In this document: piece by piece, positions 19,309 through 28,548 of the stretch
Layout: each line of letters begins with the position of its first letter
Position numbering within the stretch: the stretch's first letter is position 1
From: an uncultured Pseudobdellovibrionaceae bacterium
GTDB lineage: Bacteria > Bdellovibrionota > FAC87 > UBA2466
Length of the DNA stretch: 64,000 bases
Direction: 5' to 3'
NCBI GenBank assembly: GCA_964519985.1
Contig: CAZFMF010000001.1
Span: forward strand, 42,633-106,632
Notes under the pieces: generated by a model
Told to the model about the DNA's origin: nothing
What the model saw: only the letters and a program-made list of their open reading frames with translations
Databases searched by the model: none
Position numbers and translations under genes: made by a program

Positions 19309-20589
19309 ATGAAGTTGCCGAAGCAGTGGCGCCGCGAGGCGGTGGCCGGAATTACAACATTCTTTACGATGGCTTACATCGTAGTGGTGAACCCGATGAT
19401 CTTGTCGTCGGGAACGGGGATGTCGTTTTCGGGAACCCTGACCGCGACGGTGCTCGTCGCGTTTTCCATGACTTTGCTCATGGGCCTGTACGCTCAGCTA
19501 CCCTTCGCGGTCGCGCCGGGGATGGGTGTGAACGCCTTTTTTGCTCTGAGCCTCATTGTCGGGCGGGGCATTCCGTGGCCGATCGCGCTGGGGATGGTTT
19601 TCTGGGCGGGCGTGCTCTTTGTCGTTATCTCCATCACGCCGTTGCGGGTGCGCATTGCTCAAGCGATCCCCCACAACCTGCGTTTTGCCGCGGCGACGGG
19701 GATTGGAATCTTTCTCACTTTTATTGGCTTGAAGAACGCAGGCTTTATCGCCTCCGATCCCGTGACGCTGCTCAAGCTCGGGACTCTGAACGCCAAAAGC
19801 CTGCTTACGCTCATGGGGCTTGCGATCATGGTGGTAATGATGCGGAGGAAAAACCCCTTCGCATTTTTGACCGGAATTTTTGCCGTCACGCTGGCCGCCG
19901 CGGCGTTGGGCTGGGTGGCTTGGCCGACGAAATGGGTGGAGTGGCCGGATTTCCGTTCGGTCTTCTTCCAGCTCGATATTGTCGGCTCCCTGAATTTCGC
20001 GCTGCTGCCGGCGATTCTGGCCGTACTTTTTACCGACCTTTTTGATTCCATTTCGACTTTCGTCGGCGTTTCCCATGCCACCGGTCTCGTCGACAAACGG
20101 GGTGAACCGCTTCGTTTGAAAGAAGGGTTACTCGTCGATGCCTTCGCGACAATGGGGGCCGGTCTGTTCGGGAGTTCGTCGGGAACCGCCTACATCGAAA
20201 GCGCCGCCGGCATCGAGGCGGGCGGGCGCACCGGTTGGACCTCCATTTTCACCGCGCTTTGTTTTCTGCCGTGTTTTTTCTTGGCGCCCATTGCCGCGGT
20301 GGTGCCGGACTACGCCACTGCGCCCGTGCTGATCGTCGTCGGCGGTTTGATGTTTCGATCGGTGAAAGAATTGAAGCTGGAAAAGATGGAAGACCTGATT
20401 CCGGCGTTTCTCACCGTGCTACTCATTCCGCTAACTTTTTCCATCACCCAGGGGGTGCTTTGGGGATTGGTTTCGCACACCCTTTTCTATCTCTTGGCGG
20501 GGCGGCGGCGGGAGATTTCGCCGATGCTCGGTGCCTTAGCGTTAGTTTGCTTGGCGTTATTGATCGTGGAGAACGGCAGCTGGCGTTAG
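19309..20589 (+). CDS. NCS2 family purine permease (AzgA/PbuG-like)
   Basis: AGITTFFTMAYIVVVNP, APGMGVNAFF, YIESAAGIEAGGRTG; AGGAGG RBS. Confidence 0.93.
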   Translation: MKLPKQWRREAVAGITTFFTMAYIVVVNPMILSSGTGMSFSGTLTATVLVAFSMTLLMGLYAQLPFAVAPGMGVNAFFALSLIVGRGIPWPIALGMVFWAGVLFVVISITPLRVRIAQAIPHNLRFAAATGIGIFLTFIGLKNAGFIASDPVTLLKLGTLNAKSLLTLMGLAIMVVMMRRKNPFAFLTGIFAVTLAAAALGWVAWPTKWVEWPDFRSVFFQLDIVGSLNFALLPAILAVLFTDLFDSISTFVGVSHATGLVDKRGEPLRLKEGLLVDAFATMGAGLFGSSSGTAYIESAAGIEAGGRTGWTSIFTALCFLPCFFLAPIAAVVPDYATAPVLIVVGGLMFRSVKELKLEKMEDLIPAFLTVLLIPLTFSITQGVLWGLVSHTLFYLLAGRRREISPMLGALALVCLALLIVENGSWR

Positions 20590-21275
20590 ACTTTGCTAAA
20601 GAGCACACCCAAGCGCGGACGACTTTGGGTGGCATCCGGACCTGGCTTCCACTCCGCCGATTGGAGAGGAGCGAGCCCGGCATCTAATGCGAAGCGCACA
20701 CTCAGTTCGAGCTCCTCGGGCGTGGGGCTGCTGACTAGCATCAGTCCACCCGGGATCAACTTTTCGGCCGCATGTTGGAAGATCGCTTCGGGCCGTAGCA
20801 CTTTCAAAGGTAATCCCCACGCTAAAACCGAGCGGGCTTTCACGAAGGGATGGAGCAGTAAGATGCAATCCAGCCCGGATTTCCATTTGAGAAAATCCAT
20901 CGCGTGAAATTCCGCTTGGGGTACTTGGGCGGCGTAAAACTCGCCGTATTGCCGCCGGGTGCGCAGATTGCTCAGGCGGCGGTACGCATCGATCTCAATC
21001 CCGTGCAATGCGGGCTCCCAACCGCGCGCGCGAAAGAAACTATCGAGGGCGGGCGCTAGGAAGAAATTTCGGCAGCCGACATCCGCGATGGTTAAGAACG
21101 CATGTTCCTCGGTCGGGGCGGGCCAATCAAAACGTTCAAGGAAGGCGATCACCTCATTGGCGAGCTGAGTGTCGGCGGGGAGTGCAGTCAGTCCGGTGTT
21201 TCGGAGCGGGGTGCTCAGAACCCGGCGCAGAGTGAAGTCGAACTGATTCCGAAAACTCCAGATGGCTTCGCGCAC
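20586..21275 (-). CDS. Putative SAM-dependent methyltransferase-like protein
   Basis: IADVGC, HGIEID, DFL, KLIPGG motifs. Confidence 0.6.
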   Translation of the reverse strand: MREAIWSFRNQFDFTLRRVLSTPLRNTGLTALPADTQLANEVIAFLERFDWPAPTEEHAFLTIADVGCRNFFLAPALDSFFRARGWEPALHGIEIDAYRRLSNLRTRRQYGEFYAAQVPQAEFHAMDFLKWKSGLDCILLLHPFVKARSVLAWGLPLKVLRPEAIFQHAAEKLIPGGLMLVSSPTPEELELSVRFALDAGLAPLQSAEWKPGPDATQSRPRLGVLFSKV

Positions 21276-21312
21276 GTTTCCATTTTAGCCCAATCCGGGT
21301 AAGGTTTCCGCC

Positions 21313-22188
21313 ATGAAGAATGTCGCATCGCTCAATGGGAAAATCCAACCGCTCGACGAATGCCGCGTCTCTCCAATGGATCGCGGCTACCTCTTCGGCG
21401 ACGGCGTTTACGAGGTGATCCACCTCTACAATGGTCGGCCGTACCTCCTGCACCGGCATATGGCGCGCCTGAGCCGGAGTCTGGACGAGTTGCGTATTGG
21501 GCCCTGCGACTTACAAGCTTTGGAAGGCCGCATCGGGGCGTTGGTGGAGGCCTCCACGGTACGCGATGGACTGATCTACTTGCAGATCACCCGGGGCGTC
21601 TATCCGGTGCGCAGCCACGCGTACGATCCGTCGCCCGAAGAGCGTATCGGAGCGCCGACGGAGTTTCTCTTCGTGTCGGCGGCGAAAGATCTTCCCGGCG
21701 AAGCCTACGCTCAAGGTTGTAAGGCGGTGACCTTTGATGATTTGCGGTGGCAGCGGTGCGATATCAAATCGCTCAACCTCCTCGGTAATGTGATGGCCGC
21801 GCAGTACGCCAAAGAGCGCGGGGCGACGGAGGCGATTCTCATTGGTCGCGACGGAAAGGTGATGGAGGGATCGCACACTTCGGTTTTTTGGATTCGCGAA
21901 GGAGTGCTGCAAACCAATCCGCTGACCGACAACGTGCTTCCGTCGATCACGCGCAGCGAGGTGATCTCTCTGGCCGCAAAGATCGGAGTTCCGTTTGAGG
22001 AGAGCTATTTGACCCGGCCGGAATTGTATTTATGCGATGAAGTTTTTATCACCGGCACGATGACCCAGGTGATGGGCGTGAGTGAAATCGACGGGAAGAA
22101 AATCGGGTCGGGCGCGCAGGGGCCGCTCACCGAGAAGCTGCACGAGGCTTTTGATCAGGAATTGGAGGCCTTTGCCGGGGATGATTAA
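21313..22188 (+). CDS. dat: Class IV aminotransferase (D-amino-acid aminotransferase-like)
   Basis: DRGYLFGDGVYEV, YLQITRG, RWQRCDIKSLNLL, LPSITR, DEVFITGT. Confidence 0.88.
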   Translation: MKNVASLNGKIQPLDECRVSPMDRGYLFGDGVYEVIHLYNGRPYLLHRHMARLSRSLDELRIGPCDLQALEGRIGALVEASTVRDGLIYLQITRGVYPVRSHAYDPSPEERIGAPTEFLFVSAAKDLPGEAYAQGCKAVTFDDLRWQRCDIKSLNLLGNVMAAQYAKERGATEAILIGRDGKVMEGSHTSVFWIREGVLQTNPLTDNVLPSITRSEVISLAAKIGVPFEESYLTRPELYLCDEVFITGTMTQVMGVSEIDGKKIGSGAQGPLTEKLHEAFDQELEAFAGDD

Positions 22189-22694
22189 CGGGGGACTACG
22201 GCTAAGTTGATATTGCGGAAACCCGCCATCTGAGCGGTGGAGACGATACGGCGGATGGCACCGTAGGCTACGGTTTGATCGGCGACGATATTGACGTAGC
22301 CTTCCTTATTGTGGAGTTTGACGAGCCAATTCTTCACCGTGTCGTTGATGAGCGGGCCACGCGCGATCGTATTGACGTCGGAAAGTACGACTTCTTCGGA
22401 CCCCGGGGCGGCATCCTGCCCGTATACTTTGTCGGCCGCGATTTGTAGGGTGACGGCTTTCTTCGGCTCATCCACCGTCTTGGCTTGGGGCAGGGAAATA
22501 CCGTGTTCCAACTTCACCCATTCTTCGACGCTCTGATTATTGGTGAGGAGGAAAATCACCAGGATGGCGAACATGTCGACCATCGAGGTGAGCGAGAGAG
22601 AAACCGCCGCGACTTTCTTGGTTTGTTCGTGGGCCTTGTGCTTCCGATTCACCGAAAGCTGGCTGATTTTGAGTCGGGCTTTCTGAAGGGGCAT
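22185..22694 (-). CDS. aglS: ExbD/TolR-family motor subunit (AglS-like)
   Basis: LSLTSMVDMFAILVIFLL TM with conserved Asp; ADQTVAYG. Confidence 0.82.
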   Translation of the reverse strand: MPLQKARLKISQLSVNRKHKAHEQTKKVAAVSLSLTSMVDMFAILVIFLLTNNQSVEEWVKLEHGISLPQAKTVDEPKKAVTLQIAADKVYGQDAAPGSEEVVLSDVNTIARGPLINDTVKNWLVKLHNKEGYVNIVADQTVAYGAIRRIVSTAQMAGFRNINLAVVPR

Positions 22695-22700
22695 TTCAAA

Positions 22701-23159
22701 TCACTCCGTGCTCAGGGCGACCGTGGGGAGGCCGCCTTCTTTCAAAGTGTCGATAGCGCGCACCACTTCGCCGTACGGCACGCTGTCGTCGGCCGAGACG
22801 CCACCGGAATTTACCTTTTGTTCCGCTACCGCCCCTTGCGTGAGTTTGAGCAGCCCTTCGCGATCGAAGACCTTATCGCGTAGCCCGAGCGAGGCGGGCA
22901 GCTTGCCGGCTTTCGCCGGCCACTGGAGCTGATAGCCCTGCTTGGTGATCCGCACATCCACACGCTGAGGCGGTTCTTTGCTGGCGGTTGAGCGAACCCC
23001 TTTTTTCGATTCGACCGCCGCCTGCATCGACGCAATCTGCACCCAGCAAGCGCCCAGCAGCAGAAAGAGTACGAGCGAGGAGAGCAAGTCGATAAACGGA
23101 ACGAGGTTCAGCTCGACGTTTAATCCTCCGTCGCCGCCGGGTGTTGAGACGCCGCCCAT
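22701..23159 (-). CDS. aglQ: ExbD/TolR-family motor subunit (AglQ-like)
   Basis: ELNLVPFIDLLSSLVLFLL; ADDSVPYGEVVRAID; TAATG coupling to aglR. Confidence 0.8.
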   Translation of the reverse strand: MGGVSTPGGDGGLNVELNLVPFIDLLSSLVLFLLLGACWVQIASMQAAVESKKGVRSTASKEPPQRVDVRITKQGYQLQWPAKAGKLPASLGLRDKVFDREGLLKLTQGAVAEQKVNSGGVSADDSVPYGEVVRAIDTLKEGGLPTVALSTE

Positions 23160-23824
23160 TAGGCCGCCTCCGCCTCGTCACCACCCACGCCGAATCGCTC
23201 GCGGTTGGCGATGATGAAGTTCAGCGTTCGGATACTGACTTCGTTGATATCTTCAATAATGTGCTGCGCCCGGCTATGCAGGAAGGCGTACGCCAGCACC
23301 GCGGGTACGGCCACAATCAGACCGAATGCGGTACAGTGCATCGCTTCGGCGATACCGGCCGTTAGCTTGGCGGCTTTCGTCGCGGCGTCGGCATTGGCGA
23401 CGGCGGCGAAAGAGATAATCAAACCGGAAATCGTTCCGAGCAGACCGACCAGGGTTGCGACGTTGCCGAACACGGCGAGGAAGCCAATGCCCTTTTCGAT
23501 CTTAGGCGATTCGATCATCGCGCCTTCATCGAGCGCCGCTTGGATCTCCGCGTCAGTACCGCGGTTCACTAGCTTAATCAGACAAGCTTTGATGACCTTG
23601 GACAAGGGCGCGGGGTTCTGGTCGCAGACCACGAGCATCCCTTCCAAGTCGCCCTTGAGCAGATAGGTCGTTAGGCTCTTAAAGAAATGTTCCTTGTTGA
23701 GATTCATCTTGAAGTAGAGCTGATAAACGCGCTCCCCCACGATGTACGTACACGCAATGCCGAGCAGCAAAATGGGGTGCATCCCCGCGCCGCCTTCACG
23801 ATAGGCAGTAATTAGGCCTCCCAC
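23159..23824 (-). CDS. aglR: MotA/TolQ/ExbB proton-channel protein (AglR-like)
   Basis: GNVATLVGLLGTISGLI, GIAEAMHCTAFGL; AAGGAGG RBS and GTG start. Confidence 0.88.
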   Translation of the reverse strand: MGGLITAYREGGAGMHPILLLGIACTYIVGERVYQLYFKMNLNKEHFFKSLTTYLLKGDLEGMLVVCDQNPAPLSKVIKACLIKLVNRGTDAEIQAALDEGAMIESPKIEKGIGFLAVFGNVATLVGLLGTISGLIISFAAVANADAATKAAKLTAGIAEAMHCTAFGLIVAVPAVLAYAFLHSRAQHIIEDINEVSIRTLNFIIANRERFGVGGDEAEAA

Positions 23825-23896
23825 AGGTCCTCCTTAGGGCGCGTAACGCGCCGGATTACAATCAGTTAACAAGGTTTGAAGCAAAACCAGAAAAGC

Positions 23897-23924
23897 TAAA
23901 GATTTCAGGCAAGACTGCCGAACC
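23897..23924 (+). promoter_or_regulatory. Sigma28-like promoter TAAA-N16-GCCGAACC
   Basis: Consensus-like motif just upstream of ATG 23932; the leader would be very short. Confidence 0.4.
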
Positions 23925-23931
23925 GTAAGGC

Positions 23932-25737
23932 ATGAGCGAAAGACCTAAGATAGCCTTTGGTCTGTACTTTCTGATTGTAGCAGCGATCGGATTGTTTGGC
24001 GAGACCACGGTCAACGCGGCCAGCGACAATGGTTTGCCGCAATCCGTCTCGGCGCCGGTCAACCAAAATCCGTCGTGGCAGCACACGCGCGCGTCGCTCA
24101 TTTTCGATCCGGAGAGCAAGAAATACTTCATCGGCGGCAACGCCAAGTTCATGCTGCGTCAGACTCAAGACAGCAGCATCATCGATCGCATTGAAGTCAG
24201 CGTCGATGGCGGTGAGTACTTCGAATACAAAGATGGCATCGCGCTTCAAAACGAAGGCAAGCACACCATCAAGTTCCGCGCCATCAACCCAGTGAACAAC
24301 TGGTCGCCGGTGCAATTCGTCGAGCTCTTCCTCGACTTGACCGCTCCGTCCACGGAAACCAAGTTTGAGGAAGGCAAGTTTTGGTACACCAAAGACGACA
24401 GCTCCGGGAAGGCGCAGGAAGGTAAAGACATTTACGCGGGTCTGGGTTCCTCGGTGAGTTTCCTGGCTCAGGACAACCTCTCGGGTGTGGCGAAAATTGA
24501 ATATAGCTGGGAGTCGGAAACGGCTTTCATGCCCTATAGCAAACCGATTCTGATCGATAAGCCGGGCAAGCGCGTGCTGTTCTACCGTTCAACCGATCGC
24601 GTGGGCAACGCGGAGCCCATTCAAAAGGTGACCTTCATTGCCGATGGTCAGGCGCCCAATTCCGAGTTGGATATCTCGGGCGGCCCGCTGAAGCCGACGA
24701 CGATCAATGGCGTGGGTTATCTCAGTACGCGCGATAGCATCTCGTTCGCGGTGAAGGCCTCGGATACCGAGTCTGGCGTCCGGGAAATGAACGTGAGTGT
24801 CGACGGTAAGGCGCCGGTCCGCTACCTGAAGCCGATTTTCTTCCTGCAGGAAGGCCCGCACACCCTGACCTATTTCTCCGAAGATAACGTCGGCAACCGC
24901 GAGCAGCCGAAAACGCTTTCCGTCTATTCGATCTCCACGGCGCCGCGCAGTTCGGCTACCACTGTGGGCAAAGTCATCAATAAGGGCGGGATCAACTACG
25001 CGCGCCGCGACCTAAAGCTGAAACTGTCGGCGGGGGAAAACGCCGTGGGTCTCGACCATATCGAGTACCGCATCGACCCTAATCCTGAGTTCACGATGTA
25101 CGTCGAACCGCTGAAGCTCGACAAAATGGGTGAAAACAGCGTCGTCTACCGCTCGGTGGATCGCGCCGGTAACATCGAACCGTCCCGCAACTTCCGCGTC
25201 GTCGTCACGGAGTCCGCGCCCGAGACGAAGGTAGAAACCAGTCAGCCGCTCGTGATTCGCGACGGCATCACCTACTCGCCTTCACCCAACACGGTGACTT
25301 TGAAACCCGAAGGCAACGGGGTGGGCGTTGAGTCGACGATGATGAGTATCAATGACGGTCCGTTCACGGCCTATAAGGGACCGATCGCGATTTCCGCCGA
25401 ACAGCGCATTTACAAGATTAGTTTCAAAAGCATTGATGAATTGGGCAACGAAGAATCCCCTAAGACCGTGACCTATCATATGATCGGCACGGCTCCGATG
25501 GTGGATCTCTTCGTGTCCGACGGGGTTAATCTCCAAGAGCAAGTTCGCACGGACTACTTCGACCGGCCCGGTACGGGCACCCTCTACAACGGCAAGCGCG
25601 GCGTCGCCTCGCAACCGCAAAACGATCCGAATCAGCCGGTGGGCGCGACTTCGGAATCCGCTCCAGCTGCCGGCGTCGTTCCGAGCGCCGCTCCTGCGAA
25701 ACGTGCGACGCCCAAAGGCAAAAAGGGCCCGCAGTAG
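23932..25737 (+). CDS. Exported protein with five OmpL47-type/Ig-like repeats
   Basis: Signal peptide; five repeats of the D..SGV..IEY..Y..P...G...Y.S.D..GN.E pattern. Confidence 0.82.
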   Translation: MSERPKIAFGLYFLIVAAIGLFGETTVNAASDNGLPQSVSAPVNQNPSWQHTRASLIFDPESKKYFIGGNAKFMLRQTQDSSIIDRIEVSVDGGEYFEYKDGIALQNEGKHTIKFRAINPVNNWSPVQFVELFLDLTAPSTETKFEEGKFWYTKDDSSGKAQEGKDIYAGLGSSVSFLAQDNLSGVAKIEYSWESETAFMPYSKPILIDKPGKRVLFYRSTDRVGNAEPIQKVTFIADGQAPNSELDISGGPLKPTTINGVGYLSTRDSISFAVKASDTESGVREMNVSVDGKAPVRYLKPIFFLQEGPHTLTYFSEDNVGNREQPKTLSVYSISTAPRSSATTVGKVINKGGINYARRDLKLKLSAGENAVGLDHIEYRIDPNPEFTMYVEPLKLDKMGENSVVYRSVDRAGNIEPSRNFRVVVTESAPETKVETSQPLVIRDGITYSPSPNTVTLKPEGNGVGVESTMMSINDGPFTAYKGPIAISAEQRIYKISFKSIDELGNEESPKTVTYHMIGTAPMVDLFVSDGVNLQEQVRTDYFDRPGTGTLYNGKRGVASQPQNDPNQPVGATSESAPAAGVVPSAAPAKRATPKGKKGPQ

Positions 25738-25790
25738 TCGTCACGGATTATCCTCCTCCGCCCATTCGCCGGACTCTCGATCGCGCTTTA

Positions 25791-25867
25791 TCCGTCACGT
25801 GACGGACAACTTTTCCCGGATGGTGTCGATACGACTTCTGCCGTTTGACTCCGGCGCCGGAGTCAAA
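25791..25867. repeat. Two perfect palindromes (16 bp and 24 bp)
   Basis: TCCGTCACGTGACGGA at 25791-25806; TTTGACTCCGGCGCCGGAGTCAAA at 25844-25867. Confidence 0.85.
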
Positions 25868-26040
25868 GTGTTTTGAACTCTTCGAGCTATCGGTGACGGC
25901 GGTGATGGACGGTCAGAATGTTCTCGTCTACCACGAATTCCTGCAGTCCGACGTGACCCAAGTGGTCGAAGTTCGATACGTGAAGCAGCCCTAGGCTCCA
26001 TTTGATTCCTTCGCCTTAAGCTGTTAATCCCTAGCGGCCG

Positions 26041-27003
26041 ATGAAAAACACTCTGTTCGCCCTACTGCTTTGGGGCTCATTTTGCTGTTCTCCCACCGCG
26101 TATCCCTGCGCCTCGAAGCTAGTCGAACGCCCTCCCGAACGGGTGGTGCTTTGGCAAGGGACCATCCCCGCTTTGCGTTTTAATCGAAAACTGATGCGCC
26201 TTCGGGCCGGCGATACCGTGGTTTTTGGCGACGGTACCGAGTTCACCCTAGGCGCTAAAGAGTACGGAAATCCGGATGAGGATTACGGGATCTCTTTCCA
26301 GATGCAGGAAGGGGTGGCGCTTTGGATTCCGTTTCTAACCGACAATCCGACTTCGGTAAGGGCATTCCTTCGCGAGCGTCAGCAACTGGTTTCTTATGGC
26401 ACCGACTTCCAAAAGCTTTCTCGAAAACTCGGCGAGTACGAAATTCCCCGGCGTAAAATTCGGGTAGCGGGGTATGAATGTCAGTACTTCCTGATTGATG
26501 CGATGCCGGCGAACGCGTTCTCACTCATGGACTTCCTGAACCCGAAAAAGCTGAAGGAGCTGCATCCGCGCACGCGCGCTCAAGTCGAGAAGGAGCTCTT
26601 TGCGTTTGCGAAGCGGGCGGCGCCATTTCGGCAGATTGGCTTGGATGATGGAACCCGCAATCTCTACTACGCGCCCGGGTGGGGATGGTTTTTGCGCGAG
26701 TTTACCGGCTACAACGAAATGTTTGAGGCCCGCGATTCTTCGACGCCGGTGCCCTTTATTTTCTCCGGTGATTTCCGGCGAGGGTTTAGTTTGACCATTG
26801 AAGGTTTCGCGGCCGCCGAGTCAGAGCGGTTGGCCAGGTCTTATCCGGGCAAGGCTTCCATTTTCAATCCGGATGCGGGGCGCATTTTTCTCGAGCTGGA
26901 AAAGGTTATCCGCGCGGCTCGGCGTAGCCTTTACGGTGCGAAGAATGGGGTGAGTTGGGATCGGCCAACCGAGTTCGGAAGGTTGCTCGAGGGTGACGGC
27001 TAA
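26041..27003 (+). CDS. Secreted hypothetical protein, possible degenerate kinase-like fold
   Basis: Signal peptide; 320-aa ORF convergent with gltG. Confidence 0.62.
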   Translation: MKNTLFALLLWGSFCCSPTAYPCASKLVERPPERVVLWQGTIPALRFNRKLMRLRAGDTVVFGDGTEFTLGAKEYGNPDEDYGISFQMQEGVALWIPFLTDNPTSVRAFLRERQQLVSYGTDFQKLSRKLGEYEIPRRKIRVAGYECQYFLIDAMPANAFSLMDFLNPKKLKELHPRTRAQVEKELFAFAKRAAPFRQIGLDDGTRNLYYAPGWGWFLREFTGYNEMFEARDSSTPVPFIFSGDFRRGFSLTIEGFAAAESERLARSYPGKASIFNPDAGRIFLELEKVIRAARRSLYGAKNGVSWDRPTEFGRLLEGDG

Positions 27004-28268
27004 AACCGAGTTCCGCCCGATTCAAAAACGAACGGATAATCCACTTTCACCATCGCGTTGCCCTTCGGGCGGGGGAAGGTCCAGCTCTTCACTTCCTGGG
27101 CGATGCAGTTGTTCACGGCGTTGTTCTTCATCGTGTCTTCCATGAGCGTGCTGGAAACCACATTGCCTTCGACGCCGATGGTAAATTGCACCGTCACTTT
27201 GCCGGCGAGACCGGGGACGAAATTCAGCTGGCGTTCGTAGCAGAGGCGAATGCGGTCCTGACGGCGGCGCACAATCTGATCGATGACTTGGCGATCGAGG
27301 CCCGCGCCCCCTTCACCCGCAACGCCGCCGAGCGTATTGCCCGTTCCGCTCACTAACCCCGAATTCCCGGCGAGTCCAAGCTGTCCGGTTCCCGAAAGCT
27401 TTCCTTCCCCCGCGCCTTGGGTGGCGCCCAAGCTGGCCTTTGCTGTATTAGCGTTGGCGGCGGCGGTGGAGGAGAAGCTGGTTGTGGGCCCTTCCATCGC
27501 TACGTCGCGATTTTGCACCGCGGGCGCCGAAACATTTGCGCCGATAGACGATAGGTTGCTGACTAAGCTACCGAGATCCGCATTTTTCAAGGTCTCGGCG
27601 GCCGAAGGCGGCTTCGGCGCTTCTTGCGCGACGACCGGCGACCCGGCGGCGGGCGGAGCCGCGTCGGCCGGCGGTGCATCGTTGTTTTTGGGACGTAAGA
27701 TTTTGGGCGGAATGATCTCGACGATGCGCTCGGGCGGCTTCTCTTCTTCCGGCGGCGCGACTTCGGGCACGGTGAAAAGCGTGAACAGCAGAATCATTGA
27801 AACCGAGACGGCCGCGGTGAAGATTGCGCCCCGGGTATCGAGCACGATGGGGCGCGGAACGAGGCTGAATTCCTTCGACCAGGTGATTTCGAAGCTGACG
27901 TAGCCCACCACGATGCTGGCGGTGTCTTCACTGCTCATCCGAAATTTGAACAAGCCGTCGGCGGTTTTCTCGGTGCCGGGCGCAGCACGAAGCTTTTCCA
28001 GCGTCTGTAGTTTTCCGCCGACCCGAACATGGCCTTCCATCTTCGCCGTAAAGCAAAGTTCGGCCGAGCCGTCGGGGTTGCATTTTAGAAGGGGGAGCTG
28101 ATTGAGGCCGGTGGTCTTGCCGAGATCGATCACGAACGATGAACCCGCCGCCCGGCCGATCGTGACCGGCTCATTCTTATCGCAGATAACGGTATCGTAG
28201 AGAATATCGCCCCAATAGACGCGGACGATGAGACTAGAACTTCCCTGCTCCTTGGACGATCTCTTCAT
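27000..28268 (-). CDS. gltG: GltG/PglI-like protein: FHA-like N-domain, TM, Pro-rich linker, TonB-like AgmX/PglI C-domain
   Basis: GLDRQVIDQIVRR..IRLCYERQL..GKVTVQFTIG..SWTFPRPKG..YPFVF C-terminus. Confidence 0.85.
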   Translation of the reverse strand: MKRSSKEQGSSSLIVRVYWGDILYDTVICDKNEPVTIGRAAGSSFVIDLGKTTGLNQLPLLKCNPDGSAELCFTAKMEGHVRVGGKLQTLEKLRAAPGTEKTADGLFKFRMSSEDTASIVVGYVSFEITWSKEFSLVPRPIVLDTRGAIFTAAVSVSMILLFTLFTVPEVAPPEEEKPPERIVEIIPPKILRPKNNDAPPADAAPPAAGSPVVAQEAPKPPSAAETLKNADLGSLVSNLSSIGANVSAPAVQNRDVAMEGPTTSFSSTAAANANTAKASLGATQGAGEGKLSGTGQLGLAGNSGLVSGTGNTLGGVAGEGGAGLDRQVIDQIVRRRQDRIRLCYERQLNFVPGLAGKVTVQFTIGVEGNVVSSTLMEDTMKNNAVNNCIAQEVKSWTFPRPKGNAMVKVDYPFVFESGGTRF

Positions 28269-28548
28269 TGAAGTCTTCCGGGATGTTGACGATTTGTTCT
28301 GCCCGGAGACCCCGTCGGCGATAAATATAACTAAGGTCGGGTTTCTTCAGCCGTCCCGTCAGTTTCAAACCAGAGAAACTGACGCTCGATTCAGCACGTC
28401 GAATCCGTTGCGGTGGTGCCGTTTGAGGAGGAGCGGCCTGCGAGACCCCGGGACTTTCCGGTTCGTTCGCCAGTAATGCGGCCGATCCCATTATACCAAG
28501 AGTTAAACACGCGAGCACGAAAAGGCTCGGAAGGCGTAACGCGTTCAT
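28234..28548 (-). CDS. gltF: GltF/CglF-like small periplasmic gliding protein
   Basis: Signal peptide; VSFSGLKLTGRLKKPDLSYI..IVNIPEDFNEEI; position between the TPR gene and gltG. Confidence 0.72.
   Translation of the reverse strand: MNALRLPSLFVLACLTLGIMGSAALLANEPESPGVSQAAPPQTAPPQRIRRAESSVSFSGLKLTGRLKKPDLSYIYRRRGLRAEQIVNIPEDFNEEIVQGAGKF

Noticed and set aside
26016-26044. Fourth sigma28-like promoter (TTAA..GCCGATGA)
   Set aside because: Spacing is 17 and the -10 element overlaps the start codon
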